DNA from: Caecitellus pseudoparvulus
Taxonomy: Eukaryota > Protista > Bigyra: Bicosoecida
Direction of reading: 5' to 3'
DNA length: 64,000 nucleotides
NCBI GenBank assembly: GCA_965644315.1
Contig: CBFFRQ010000054.1
Location: 62,001 to 126,000, forward strand
Below are positions 45,434-56,093 of the stretch, one piece after another. The position numbers and the translations under genes were made by a program. Every line of letters starts with the position of its first letter. Positions within the stretch are counted from its first letter, which is position 1. Under the pieces are notes generated by a model, which saw nothing but the letters and a program-made list of their open reading frames with translations, was not told the DNA's origin and made no database searches.

Positions 45434-47208
45434 ATGTCCTCTCGTCGCCGCTCCGGCGCCGCGAGAGGTTCTGGCGCCTCGCGCTCCAGCAGCCCAGCGC
45501 GAGACATGCGCGAGGCACGGCGGTCACTGACGCCCGCCCGGCCCAGCCGTGTGCAGGAGCAGGAAGAGTTGCAGGGCCTGAACAACCGCCTGGAAAGTTA
45601 CGGTGCGTGCGGCGCGGTGTGCGCCGTCGGCGACCTGTGCAGCGGGCCTGCAATTTCCGCCACCGTGCGTCCCGCGCAGTGGCGACGAACAAGGCGCTGC
45701 GGCACGAACGGGAGGAGCTGGGGGCAGAGCTGCAGCGCACGCGGGAGGAGTACGACGGGCGTCTGGCTGCAGTGCGCGAAGCCACCGCCGGCGAAATCGC
45801 CGACTTGCGCGCTCGCCTGTTGGCCGAGGGCAAGGCTGCCGCGGAGGCGTCGTCGCGTGCGACCATGCTCGGCGACGAGCTGGCGCAGCTGAAGGCAGCG
45901 ACGGAGGACTACGACGAGGTGAAGGACGCCCGCAACGCGCTGCAGCAGGAAGTGGCGCGTCTGACCACGGCCCTGGCAGAAGCCAAGGCCCACGGCAAGC
46001 GCATGGCTGAGGAGTATGCCGCCGCGCGGGCTGATGGCGACGCGGCACTGGCGCAGCTGAAGGCGGTGCAGGTGGAGCTGGAGGCCGCCACCAGCGACGC
46101 AGCGGCGTACTCCTCCGACCTGAAGGAAGCCCACAAGTCCCGCGACCGCCTGGTGGCCAGTGTGCGTGAGGAAGCCACACGTGAGCTGTCCGACGCCATG
46201 GGTGCGTGGGAACGCCACACGGCAGACAAGCTGAAGGCGTTGGAGGAGGAGCTGGAGGCAGCGTACGAGGACGAGATCGACGACCTGCGCAGCCGCGTGG
46301 AGAAGCTGTCCACTGCCAACGACCGCCTGCGCGAGGGCAGTGAGAAGGCGTCAGAGGAAGCCTCCAAGCAGGCAGCATTTGCGTCCACCCTCATGGGGCG
46401 GCTGAAAGAGGCGGAGGATGCGTACAACCGTGCCGAGGCCAGCTGGGCACGGGAGAAGGCCAACTTGGAGGCGAGTCTGGCGTCGGAGGCGGCAGCACTT
46501 GCGGCCAAGGAAGACGACTTCAACAACCTCATGGACGTGAAGATTCGACTCAACCAGGAGATCGAGCACTACCGCCGCATCCTGGAAGACGAGGAGGCGC
46601 GATTCGGGATCGCATCCCCGCCCCACCCCACCGCGGCACTCGGCGGCTCCAAGCGCCCCCGTGATCCCGCCGCCGGTGCCCGGCAGCCACCTGCCAAGTC
46701 CACACGATCAGCCACTGCTGGCGCCATCTCACACATCGACCACCCTGAGCTGGACGCACATGGTGGGCACTTCCTGCGCAGTGTGGGGGACGAGGTGCCC
46801 AAGGGCGTGGACGGCGTGGAGGTGGACCTGGATGTCTTCGCGGACCGCGTCGGCATCGTGAACGACACGGGTGCGGACATCAACCTGGAGGGCTGGAGCC
46901 TGACCAGCCGCGGCGGACAGCACTACGTCTTTCCCGCCGGCCGTGTGCTGAAGCCTGGCCAGCGCCTGCAGGTGTGGAGCGGGCCTCAGGCCAAGGCAGA
47001 GGCGCGTTCCAGCTCCAGCAACCTGTTCTGGACTTCCCGGTATGTCTGGGCTAACACGGGGGATGTGGCGGTGCTGCGGGACGACGAGGGGTTCGAAGTG
47101 GCGCGAGCCAGCTCAGACGCTGCGCCGGCACCTGCTGCAGCCGCGGCGGGCGGCGCCGGCGCGGCTGGGCCCCAGGACGGCGACCCCGGTGGCTGTGCCA
47201 TGATGTGA
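45434..47208 (+). CDS. Nuclear lamin (IF rod, NLS, lamin tail domain, CaaX)
   Basis: Head LTPARPSR; coil 1A EQEELQGLNNRLESY|V (intron 45603-45679); rod end LMDVKIRLNQEIEHYRRILEDEEAR; NLS KRPR; LTD IVNDTGADINLEGWSL..YVFP..LKPGQRLQVWSG..WANTGDVAVLRD; C-terminal CAMM. Confidence 0.93.
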
Positions 47209-47443
47209 GTGGGCGATGTGCCCCCCCTCTCCACGACGCAGGCCTCCCCGCCTAGCCAGCAATGCAGCCTGAACTTCAAAAGTTTGTGAGGGGCACGCAT
47301 GTGGCACGTGTGCCTGGAGGCTGCAGCCCTCTACCACCGTGCTGGCTGGTGTGGTGCAGGACGTGCGCCGGCGAGGTGCCCTGCGGAAATTGCCAGGAGC
47401 ACCCTACACTCGCCGCCAGTCTTCACGGCGCCAAGCCTCCAGC

Positions 47444-50400
47444 ATGGCGGCTCGACGCCAGGCGAAGGATTCCGAATTCACTCTGGGTGGTGATGAAGAG
47501 GAGGAGGACGATGAGACCACCCTTGCTGCTGAGGAGGCGGCGGGCGGCGGCTTGTCGGCTGCAGCTGAACTTGCGGATTTAGAGGCAGAGCAGGAGCAGT
47601 GCGTACACCCGGCGCGCTGGCCCAGCCCGGCTGCGCCGCACAGCACACCCTCTCGGCGCAGGTCCATGGAGGCACTGCTTGCTATGCGTGAAGCGGCCCT
47701 GGCCGCTGAGGCCGCTGAGGCGGCTGAGGCGTCCAACACGACCGCTGCCCTCGCGTCTGGCTCCTCTGGCGCCAGCAGCCTAGCTCTGGCGTGGGCTGCT
47801 GCGGAGGATGGGGGGGACAGCAAGGCAGCTCGCGCAAGGGCTGGACGTGGAAGTGGTGCTGCTGCATCTGAAACGCACGAGGACGGCGCCTCAGAGGCCT
47901 CCGGTGCCGAGTCCGAGGAGGACGACGAGACCACCCTGGCAGCGGAGGAAGCACTGGCTGCCGCGGAGGGGGGTGCAGGGGGGGGCGCCGAGGAGGCTGC
48001 ACAGCTGACGGCTGACGCGGAGGTGCCGATGGAGGAGCTGATCGCGCAGTGGCAGGCGGCGGTGGCGGCAGATGAGGGGGCCGCCTCTGGGCCACCCATT
48101 CCGAACGCATCAGCTCCCGCACCGGCACCAGCACCAGCACCAGCACCAGCACCAGCACCAGCACCAGGCAAGAAAGAAATTAGCAAGAGCAAGAGCAAGA
48201 GCAAGAGCAAGGGTGGAGTGGGCGTGCTGGCAGCAGCGCGGTCGCGGACACAGGCTGGGCGCAGCAAGGCGAAGGCGGCGGCGGCTGCTGCGTTTCACAA
48301 GGGCATGACGGCGCACTTCAAAACGCAGGACGCGGAGACGTTGCGGCAGCGGCGGCGGGAGCTCATCGCCCGTGTGAAAGGGCTCATGCACATCGACGAC
48401 GGCAGTGTTGAAGTTGCAGTTGAACTTGCGAAGGTGCCTTGCCTGGGGTGGGGCTTTGGGCACCCCACCCTGGTGGATTTGGTGGAGGAGGAGGAGAGGG
48501 GGGAGCCGTGGGTGGCACCCCTGCCCAGCCCCACACTGCCCCAGGTCAAGACAGCACTGGACCCTGATGCGTTACCCCCCAAGTACCCCCCCCTGTCCAA
48601 CCGCGTGGCGGCGCCGAGTGGGGAGGGGGCGGGGTCTGCCCCCCCTTCTCGGCGCCGTGCATCAGCACCCGCGCCAGCGGCACCCCGCAAACGCAGCAAG
48701 TCAAGCAGTGCCAGCGTCATGGTGGAGGCACAGGCAGAGCCGGAGCACGAGACGAGTCACTGGGAAGCGTTGCTCGCCGAGGCGAAGTGGATGGCTGCGG
48801 ATTTTGCAGACGAGCGCAAGCGCAAGCAGCGCCTTCGACGGGCCATTGTGGCAGACGTGGCGCGGGCAGCGGAGCGCAAAGCACAGGCGGCAGTGGTGAC
48901 GGCACGCAGAGCGGAGTCTGATCGGCGTGCGGCGGCTGCAGCCATTGCCAAGGGCGTGGCGGGGTTTTGGGGCAAATTGGATCGCCTGGTGGTGTGGAAA
49001 CACCGCAGCCGCCTGGAGGCCATGCGCCGAGACGCCATGGACCGCCACTTGAACTTCCTGGTGGGGCAGTCGGAACGCTACTCAAGTGTTCTTGCAGATC
49101 AAGTGTTCTCGAAGCCAGCCCTGCCAGATGCTAGTCAAGTGACCGGGGTTGCAGGGCCAGCCGTTCCAGGGCCGCCCCCTACCAGCTCCCGTGCAACGCA
49201 CCAGGACGGCAGTGACTCCGAGTCAGACGATGCCGTCCTGGACGAGGGGCGCACCCAGGCAGGCGGTGCCGAGTCCGAGGAGGATGACGAGACCACCCTG
49301 GCGGCGGAGGAAGCACTGGCTGCCGCGGAGGGGGGTGCAGGGGGGGGTGCCGAGGAGGCTGCCCAGCTGACGGCTGACGCGGAGGTGCCGATGGAGGAGC
49401 TGATCGCGCAGTGGCAGGCGGCGGTGGCGGCGGAGGCGGGCAGTGACTCTGGCTCTGCGGCCGCCGCGACGGATGGCGCGAGCCACTGCAGTGACTCGGG
49501 CAGTGATGACGGCGCCGACGCCGCCTCCCCGCATGCAGCAGCGAACTCCAGCGCCTTGACCAGCCTGGTGCAGCGCCCATTAGGCCAAGGCTCGGACGGG
49601 CATGCGGTGCAAGTGCCGTTTTTGCTGCACGGCGGCGCCATGCTGCGCAGTTACCAGCGGGAGGGGCTGGACTGGTTGGTGTCCATGCACGACCGGCGGC
49701 TGAACGGCATTCTGGCGGACGAGATGGGGCTGGGCAAGACGCTGCAAACCATTGCCCTGCTCGCCCACCTGGCCAGCCACAAGTGTGTGTGGGGCCCGCA
49801 CCTCGTCATCGCGCCCACCTCCACGCTGCTGAACTGGGAGGCGGAATTCCGGCGGTGGTGCCCGGCGTTTCGGGTGCTGACGTATTACGGCAGCATAAAA
49901 GAACGAAAGGCAAAACGTGCCGGCTGGTCCCGCCCTGATGCGTTCAACGTGTGCATCACCTCCTACCAACTGGCTGTGGCTGACGCGGCAGTGTTCAAAC
50001 GCAAGCGCTGGTACGCCGTCGTGCTGGATGAGGGGCACTACATCCGCAACTTCAAGTCGAAGCGATGGCAAACGTTGCTGACACTGCCCTCTGCTCGGCG
50101 CCTGCTGCTGACAGGCACCCCCCTTCAGAACAACCTGCTGGAGTTGTGGTCTCTCATGCACTTCCTCATGCCGCAGTTGTTCCGCAGCCAGGCAGAGTTC
50201 AAGGAGTGGTTCGCGACCCCCCTCACGGAGCAGGTGGAGGGGGGTCCCGCCATGGACCCCCACCTCATCGCCCGTCTGCACACAGTGCTGCGGCCGTTCA
50301 TGCTGCGCCGCCTGAAAGCCGACGTGGCCAAGCAGCTGCCCGGCAAGCACGAACACATCATCCGCTGCACGCTGGCCAAGCGCCAACGCCTGATGTACGA

Positions 50401-53400
50401 AGACTACATGGGTCGTTCCTCCACGCGAGCCGCGTTGACGGGTGTGGGGGCCAAGGGCGGCATGAGCATGATGAATGTGCTTATGCAGCTGCGGAAAGTG
50501 TGCAACCACCCGGACTTGTTCCAAGCCCGCCCCATCACGAGCCCCCTGAACACAGGCAGTCGAGTGTTCACGTTCCCAACATCCATCATGCCAGAACACC
50601 CCCTGGGCCCACCCCTGGGGCAGTGGGGCGACACCCCTGCCGCCTTGTGGCAGCACCCCTCCGCGGCACTTGGGAGCCCCCCCTTCACACCCCTCATCGG
50701 GGTGGGGGCTGGGGGGCACGCCCGCCTTGCGCCTCGCAGCCTCCCTCCCGCCGATGTCACACCAGCGTTTCTGCACGGGCGTGTTCTGTGGTCGGAGCTG
50801 GGCTTGTACCGCACGGGAACAGGGACGAGTTGGGGGCGTGAGGGGGGGGCCTGGTGTCCACATGGAGGGGGGGGCGCGGCCAACCTCGCAGTGCGTGGGC
50901 TCACCCCCTTTGCTGACTCTTGCATTGTTCTGGGTGGTGGGCGCACTCTGCGGGTGGCTCCGCTGGGCACCCCAAACGCCTTTGCATGCCGTGCGGTGCA
51001 CGTGCCGGAACACGACGGGGCGGAGGAGACGCAAGAACACGGTGGTGCTTTGATGACTCTGGATCCTGCGGTGGGGTGGCGGGCGGTGGGCCCACGCCCC
51101 GCCATGAACGGCGCAGCGGACGTCAAGGTGTGCACGCACAGAGTCGCTGCCCCGCCGCCGCGAAACCTGAGCGCCGTGCCCTTGGGAGAGCGAGCATGGC
51201 GAGGGGGCGCCCCTCCCGTGTTCTGTGGTGCGCCCCCCCTGCCTCTGCACCTCCTGCGCTGCGGTGTGGATCTTGCCCACCTGGGCTTGCTGTTCACACC
51301 CGCAGAAAGCGACGCAGCCAGCGGCAGCTACATCGCCCAGCGAGCCGCAGAGCTGGCTCCCCCCGCTGAACCTGAGCACTACTTGCGAGCGCCATTGCGA
51401 CCAGAGGAGGTGGTGGCAGGTCTGGTGGGCATGCCCACGCCGCTCATTGGCGCGGTAAGCGGCACGCTGCAGCGGGCGTTCGTGGCAGAGTTTGGTCAAA
51501 CGCCGCAGACAACGACGCCGTCGGGCGGCAAGAAACGCCCCCGTAATACGCCACGCAAGCCCGGCACACTTACGTGGTCTGCCCTCGTCTCAGCCCGCCC
51601 CGAGGCGCTCTCCCGCCACCTGGTGCTGCTGCATGCAGCCTTGACTGCACGACGCCTGCAAAGCGCTCGCCAGCGACACGCGTCCAACATGGCGACGTCT
51701 GCGCACCGCATCGCGTGTCTGGGACACACAGTGTGGGGCAGCGATGCACACCGCGCCATGTGGATCGGCCCTGGGCCGCTGCGGTGGGCCGCTGCCGTGG
51801 CACAAGGGCCGGCTGCAGTGCGCGACCTGCTCACGCCCTGTGCTGTGCGCTCCCCCCTGCGCCAGCGGGCAGTGTGGGCTGGCAGCGCCGCCCTGGCAGC
51901 ACTGCAGGTCTCGCCACAGCAGCGGCACGACGCCCTGCTGCCCATTTTGCGCTGTGTCGCGTGTGTTGTGCCTGCTGCGAGGGCGGAGGCGTTGGTGGTG
52001 CGGGTGGGAGTGGGGGGTGCGCTGGCACACCGACGCGCCCTGCCGGCCCCCTCCCCACCCCCCCTCATCCGCCACATGCCACCCGGCAGTGCAGGCGCCG
52101 CTGCCAACGCAGGAGGGACGCTGTCTTCCAACGCCGAGCGTGCGGTTGCACCAGCACACGTCCCGCCGGCGGTGGCGGTGAGCAGGCTGCTGCACCAGGC
52201 AGGGCGGCAACTGTGTGGAACATTTCACTCTGTGCACAGTCGCCTGTCGCTGGGGTTTCCCGGGCGGCACTTGTTGCAGCACGACTGTGGCAAGCTGCAG
52301 GCACTGTCACGCCTGCTGCGGCAGCGCAAGGCGGGCGGCAGCAAAGTGCTCATTTTCACGCAAATGACGCGCATGCTGGACATTCTAGAGGCGTGGTTGA
52401 ACGTGGCTGGGCACACGTACTTGCGCCTGGACGGCAGTACGGGCGTGGAGGAACGCCAGCGGTCCATGGACGCCTTCAACTCCGACCCGCGCATTTTCGC
52501 GTTCATCCTGACCACGCGTGCTGGCGGACTGGGCATCAACTTGGTGGGGGCGGACACGGTCATCTTCTACGACACTGACTGGAACCCCGCCATGGACGCC
52601 CAGGCACAGGACCGTGCGCACCGCATCGGGCAGACGCGGGAAGTGCACATTTACCGCCTTGTCACGGCGGCGACGGTGGAGGAGAACATTCTCCTCAAGG
52701 CGGCGCAGAAGCGAGAAATGTCGCGTATTTCGCTGGAAGAGGGCAGCTTCACCCTGAACACCCTCAAGGCGTCCCGCAGCGATGCGCCTGGTGCGGCCCC
52801 CACGCCGTCTCTGGACATGGCGGGGGTGTTGGGGGATGGCGCCGTGGACTTGCGGGAGTTGGTGACGGGGCAGCCCTCGGCGCCAGGAACACAGACGCCG
52901 ACGCAGAACACACCATCTGCCGACTTCATGGCTGCCATGGCTGCTGCTGAAGATGCCGAGGATGTGCAGGCCGGTGCGGCGCTGCAGGCTGAGCTAGCGT
53001 CGGCAGATGCGGAATTTCGGGAGGAGGCGCCAGCTGCACCTGCTGCAGGCGAAGGGGCTGGGGCGGCGCCGTCGGCACCGGATGCCATGGTGCCACAGGG
53101 AACACCCACCTTTCCAGAACACTCTGAAGGCGGGAGTCCCCCACCTGGCCTCTCCCGCGTGGAGGCAGCCTTGGCTCGGTACGCCAGCATCTCGGAGCGG
53201 GTGCGCCCCGTGGAGCGGCTGGGCCTCGTGTTCCGCGAACACACAGAGCCACACCCATGGGTGGCCCCCAAGCTGCTGGCTGAGCTGGAGGCAGAGTTTG
53301 AGCTGGCGGAAGAGGAGTGGGAGCTGGACCAGGTGGCTGCAGCCCGTGCTGAGGAGACGGCGGCAGCGGAGGCGAACGCGGAACTAGTTGCCATGGGGGG

Positions 53401-55666
53401 GCGTCTGGCAGGAACACTGAACGCCTCTGGGCGTGCACTGCGTGGAGCTGCACTGCAGTCGGCAGTGGCCCTCGCCGTGCAGGCTGGGCAGCGCGTGTTC
53501 TTCGCTCGCCTTCGCGCGCTGCGAGCTCGGCGCCTGCGACGTGCCGTGACAGGGGAGTGCTGGGCTCTGCGTCGCGACACGACGACTGGCTCCGTGTTCT
53601 ACATGAACACCGACGATGGCAGTGACTGTTGGGGGCGACCACCTGTTCTGCGTCGGGGTGACGAGTTGTTCTCGGTGGCGTCTGGTGGCTGGGGCCGTCT
53701 GCCACAGCTCAGTCGTGTCGCTGTCACGCTCATGACGCTGCTGGGCCCAGGTGCAGATCGGGCCGCTGCAGCGTGTGTCGGCCCAGTGTGGGCTGCCGCT
53801 GCACAGCACCCCCTGCTGCACGTGTACGTGTCGCCCCTGGCACAGCACGGCGCATGCCCGAGCGGGTCGCGGGTCGCTGTGACCCTGCGAGAGGCTGTGC
53901 AGGTCGCAGCGCCAGGGGACACGGTGGTGCTGGGGCTGGGGTCGCACTACGAGCGTGACCCTCCGGTGATGCAGCACCCCATCCGCATCGTCGCGGAGGG
54001 TTGCCCCGCGCTGTCCAGCATGTCGCACGTGACGACGCGGTGCCCCAGCTTGACCGCTCTCGCACCCACCTCGCCTGCTGACAACGCTTCCCCTGTGGCC
54101 GGGCAGGGAGGACTGCAGGCGACGTTCGCCGCCTCGCCTGACCCTGGGCCCATGTTGCGGGGCATGGTGGCGGGCTCTGGGCCCACCTCCTGCCAGGCCT
54201 GGGTCTTGCAGGACGATTGGCGCCTGGCCCCAAATGGCGTGTGGCTGCCACCTGGCCACGTGGATGCGGAGCTGGTGCCGGGGACGGGGGGCGGGGACGC
54301 GACGAAAGGTCGCATGTCCAAGACCATGACCCCTGCAGAAGCCCAGCTGCACACACGGCAGGGTGCTGCCAGCGTCGTGTTCCGTGTGCCCTGTTCCGGG
54401 TACGGCGAAGGCACAGGTCGGGATGCTGGCGGCAGCGGCGGTGTGCTACACCTGAGCATGGGGGGTGGTGGGGGAGACGCCCCCCTGCGTGAAACGCTAC
54501 TGCGTCTGGGCGGAACATGGCACTGGCAGGCACCCAGTGGTGTTCTGGCTGGGGTCGCCCTGCGGAACACCGCCCCACGGCGCCAGGTCGAGCAGCCAGG
54601 CAGCGGGCACCTCTTGACTCTCAGCCCAGGCGCTGGCTTGTTGGTGACGCAGTGCGATCTCAGGTCGCCTGCGGGGGGTGGCGCCATGATCGCGGTGGGC
54701 ATGGGCCCACCATGCGGGCCTGCCTCGCACGGCGCCCCTGCAGAACTTGTGCTGCATGCGAGCACCCTGAGCGGCCCGTGTGGGCCCATCCCCCGCCCAG
54801 CACTGTGGGGCCAAGCCCCACTCTCCCTGGGCAGTGGCGGCAGTGGGGGGGCTGCTGTCTTGGTGCAGTGCGGCAGCGGTCGCTTGCCGACGGGGGATGC
54901 CGAGGAGGGGGGTGCTGCCCATGGCGTGCTGCTGCACAGGTGTGTCGTGAGGGGGTTTGGGGGCAGTGCCGTGCATGTGCTGCAGACAGCACCGGTGCAG
55001 GTGTCAGGGGGGATGTCCGCACAGGATGAGGGGGGTGAAGGGGGGGATGAGCCCCCAGCGAAACGCAAGGTGGAGGAAAACGAGGCGAGCCCGCCTGCTG
55101 CACCCCCCCTCAGGCGGGTACGAGGGGGGGTCGGCCTCGCCATGGCGGACTGTGACGTGGTGGACTGTCTTGGCCCAGTGCTGCGGCAGGTGGCGCCACC
55201 CGCCGCAGCCGGTGGCGCCACGGTGGACAGCACGGGGTGGGTGTTCCTGGCTGACGTTGGCATGCAGCGTGTTCCGGGTGGACTGCTGGACGACCCAAGC
55301 ATCCCCACATCAGGCGGCAACCCCCCCGCTGTCCTCACACGAGCGCTGGCCTCTGCCGCCGGGGCACCCCCCCTCGCACCCCCCTACATCACCCTACCAC
55401 GTGCCACACACCTAGTTCCCCCCCTCCGCGTGTCACAGCAGCAAGGGGCCATGCTGCTTCCCCCCACTCGGTGGGTGGGAGCGCCCCCCAGACTCACGGC
55501 GTCAGTGGCCGGCCAGTGCGTGACACTGTCCGGCGCACCACCCACAGCACAGGTTCTAGTGGGGGATGCAGGGCCTGAGGGCAGCGGGGAGCCTGGTGGC
55601 CAGCGGACCCTCGTGGGCACCGTGGGCGCACTGACCCAGCTCATTGCAGCGAACATGGCCCAATGA
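47444..55666 (+). CDS. SWR1: SWR1/SRCAP/PIE1-type chromatin remodelling ATPase with a C-terminal WW / F-box-like / beta-helix-like extension
   Basis: HSA HWEALLAEAKWMAADF; SNF2 LNGILADEMGLGKTLQTI, LDEGH, LLTGTPLQNNL, MQLRKVCNHPDLF; split ATPase insertion; HELICc DCGKLQAL..WNPAMDAQAQDRAHRIGQTREV. Intron 47599-47661. Confidence 0.92.
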   Translation: MAARRQAKDSEFTLGGDEEEEDDETTLAAEEAAGGGLSAAAELADLEAEQEQCVHPARWPSPAAPHSTPSRRRSMEALLAMREAALAAEAAEAAEASNTTAALASGSSGASSLALAWAAAEDGGDSKAARARAGRGSGAAASETHEDGASEASGAESEEDDETTLAAEEALAAAEGGAGGGAEEAAQLTADAEVPMEELIAQWQAAVAADEGAASGPPIPNASAPAPAPAPAPAPAPAPAPGKKEISKSKSKSKSKGGVGVLAAARSRTQAGRSKAKAAAAAAFHKGMTAHFKTQDAETLRQRRRELIARVKGLMHIDDGSVEVAVELAKVPCLGWGFGHPTLVDLVEEEERGEPWVAPLPSPTLPQVKTALDPDALPPKYPPLSNRVAAPSGEGAGSAPPSRRRASAPAPAAPRKRSKSSSASVMVEAQAEPEHETSHWEALLAEAKWMAADFADERKRKQRLRRAIVADVARAAERKAQAAVVTARRAESDRRAAAAAIAKGVAGFWGKLDRLVVWKHRSRLEAMRRDAMDRHLNFLVGQSERYSSVLADQVFSKPALPDASQVTGVAGPAVPGPPPTSSRATHQDGSDSESDDAVLDEGRTQAGGAESEEDDETTLAAEEALAAAEGGAGGGAEEAAQLTADAEVPMEELIAQWQAAVAAEAGSDSGSAAAATDGASHCSDSGSDDGADAASPHAAANSSALTSLVQRPLGQGSDGHAVQVPFLLHGGAMLRSYQREGLDWLVSMHDRRLNGILADEMGLGKTLQTIALLAHLASHKCVWGPHLVIAPTSTLLNWEAEFRRWCPAFRVLTYYGSIKERKAKRAGWSRPDAFNVCITSYQLAVADAAVFKRKRWYAVVLDEGHYIRNFKSKRWQTLLTLPSARRLLLTGTPLQNNLLELWSLMHFLMPQLFRSQAEFKEWFATPLTEQVEGGPAMDPHLIARLHTVLRPFMLRRLKADVAKQLPGKHEHIIRCTLAKRQRLMYEDYMGRSSTRAALTGVGAKGGMSMMNVLMQLRKVCNHPDLFQARPITSPLNTGSRVFTFPTSIMPEHPLGPPLGQWGDTPAALWQHPSAALGSPPFTPLIGVGAGGHARLAPRSLPPADVTPAFLHGRVLWSELGLYRTGTGTSWGREGGAWCPHGGGGAANLAVRGLTPFADSCIVLGGGRTLRVAPLGTPNAFACRAVHVPEHDGAEETQEHGGALMTLDPAVGWRAVGPRPAMNGAADVKVCTHRVAAPPPRNLSAVPLGERAWRGGAPPVFCGAPPLPLHLLRCGVDLAHLGLLFTPAESDAASGSYIAQRAAELAPPAEPEHYLRAPLRPEEVVAGLVGMPTPLIGAVSGTLQRAFVAEFGQTPQTTTPSGGKKRPRNTPRKPGTLTWSALVSARPEALSRHLVLLHAALTARRLQSARQRHASNMATSAHRIACLGHTVWGSDAHRAMWIGPGPLRWAAAVAQGPAAVRDLLTPCAVRSPLRQRAVWAGSAALAALQVSPQQRHDALLPILRCVACVVPAARAEALVVRVGVGGALAHRRALPAPSPPPLIRHMPPGSAGAAANAGGTLSSNAERAVAPAHVPPAVAVSRLLHQAGRQLCGTFHSVHSRLSLGFPGRHLLQHDCGKLQALSRLLRQRKAGGSKVLIFTQMTRMLDILEAWLNVAGHTYLRLDGSTGVEERQRSMDAFNSDPRIFAFILTTRAGGLGINLVGADTVIFYDTDWNPAMDAQAQDRAHRIGQTREVHIYRLVTAATVEENILLKAAQKREMSRISLEEGSFTLNTLKASRSDAPGAAPTPSLDMAGVLGDGAVDLRELVTGQPSAPGTQTPTQNTPSADFMAAMAAAEDAEDVQAGAALQAELASADAEFREEAPAAPAAGEGAGAAPSAPDAMVPQGTPTFPEHSEGGSPPPGLSRVEAALARYASISERVRPVERLGLVFREHTEPHPWVAPKLLAELEAEFELAEEEWELDQVAAARAEETAAAEANAELVAMGGRLAGTLNASGRALRGAALQSAVALAVQAGQRVFFARLRALRARRLRRAVTGECWALRRDTTTGSVFYMNTDDGSDCWGRPPVLRRGDELFSVASGGWGRLPQLSRVAVTLMTLLGPGADRAAAACVGPVWAAAAQHPLLHVYVSPLAQHGACPSGSRVAVTLREAVQVAAPGDTVVLGLGSHYERDPPVMQHPIRIVAEGCPALSSMSHVTTRCPSLTALAPTSPADNASPVAGQGGLQATFAASPDPGPMLRGMVAGSGPTSCQAWVLQDDWRLAPNGVWLPPGHVDAELVPGTGGGDATKGRMSKTMTPAEAQLHTRQGAASVVFRVPCSGYGEGTGRDAGGSGGVLHLSMGGGGGDAPLRETLLRLGGTWHWQAPSGVLAGVALRNTAPRRQVEQPGSGHLLTLSPGAGLLVTQCDLRSPAGGGAMIAVGMGPPCGPASHGAPAELVLHASTLSGPCGPIPRPALWGQAPLSLGSGGSGGAAVLVQCGSGRLPTGDAEEGGAAHGVLLHRCVVRGFGGSAVHVLQTAPVQVSGGMSAQDEGGEGGDEPPAKRKVEENEASPPAAPPLRRVRGGVGLAMADCDVVDCLGPVLRQVAPPAAAGGATVDSTGWVFLADVGMQRVPGGLLDDPSIPTSGGNPPAVLTRALASAAGAPPLAPPYITLPRATHLVPPLRVSQQQGAMLLPPTRWVGAPPRLTASVAGQCVTLSGAPPTAQVLVGDAGPEGSGEPGGQRTLVGTVGALTQLIAANMAQ
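47902..49431 (+). repeat. 168-bp near-identical direct repeat (47902-48069 / 49264-49431) within SWR1
   Basis: Both copies encode GAESEEDDETTLAAEEALAAAEGGAGGGAEEAAQLTADAEVPMEELIAQWQAAVAA, with only a few synonymous differences. Confidence 0.95.
48119..48211 (+). repeat. Coding hexanucleotide microsatellites (GCACCA)n and (AGCAAG)n
   Basis: Encode (PA)n and (KS)n in the SWR1 N-terminal region. Confidence 0.9.
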
Positions 55667-56093
55667 GGGTGCACGTGTGCTGCATGCCGGTTTGCCGGTG
55701 TGCAGTGCACGGCGGCCAGCGGCACCCCACAGCGTTTCGCGCGGCTGGGGGGCGCTGGACGGAGCATGCCAAAATACACGCGCACAACTGGATTTTTCCA
55801 GGGGCATGCTGCCCATTGAGCTTTCTCCGATCCGACACAGGTCGCCCGAGCACCTGTGCACCCGCTGCGCCTGGTCGGCAGTGGGCGTTTTTTCGCAAGC
55901 CTCTCTCGAGCCCCCTCTCGCCAGCAGGCGCGGCCTGTGGATCTACCCGCACAACCACACGGTTTTCCAGACCTCACTCTGACTGGGCCCTCCTTGGCGG
56001 CTGCAGCCCGGGCTCGCTAGCCGCACTGCACCCAGTGCCAGCAACTGGCGACGTTTCACTGGCGTTCCACCCCTCAGCCACGCCGCCCGCGTA

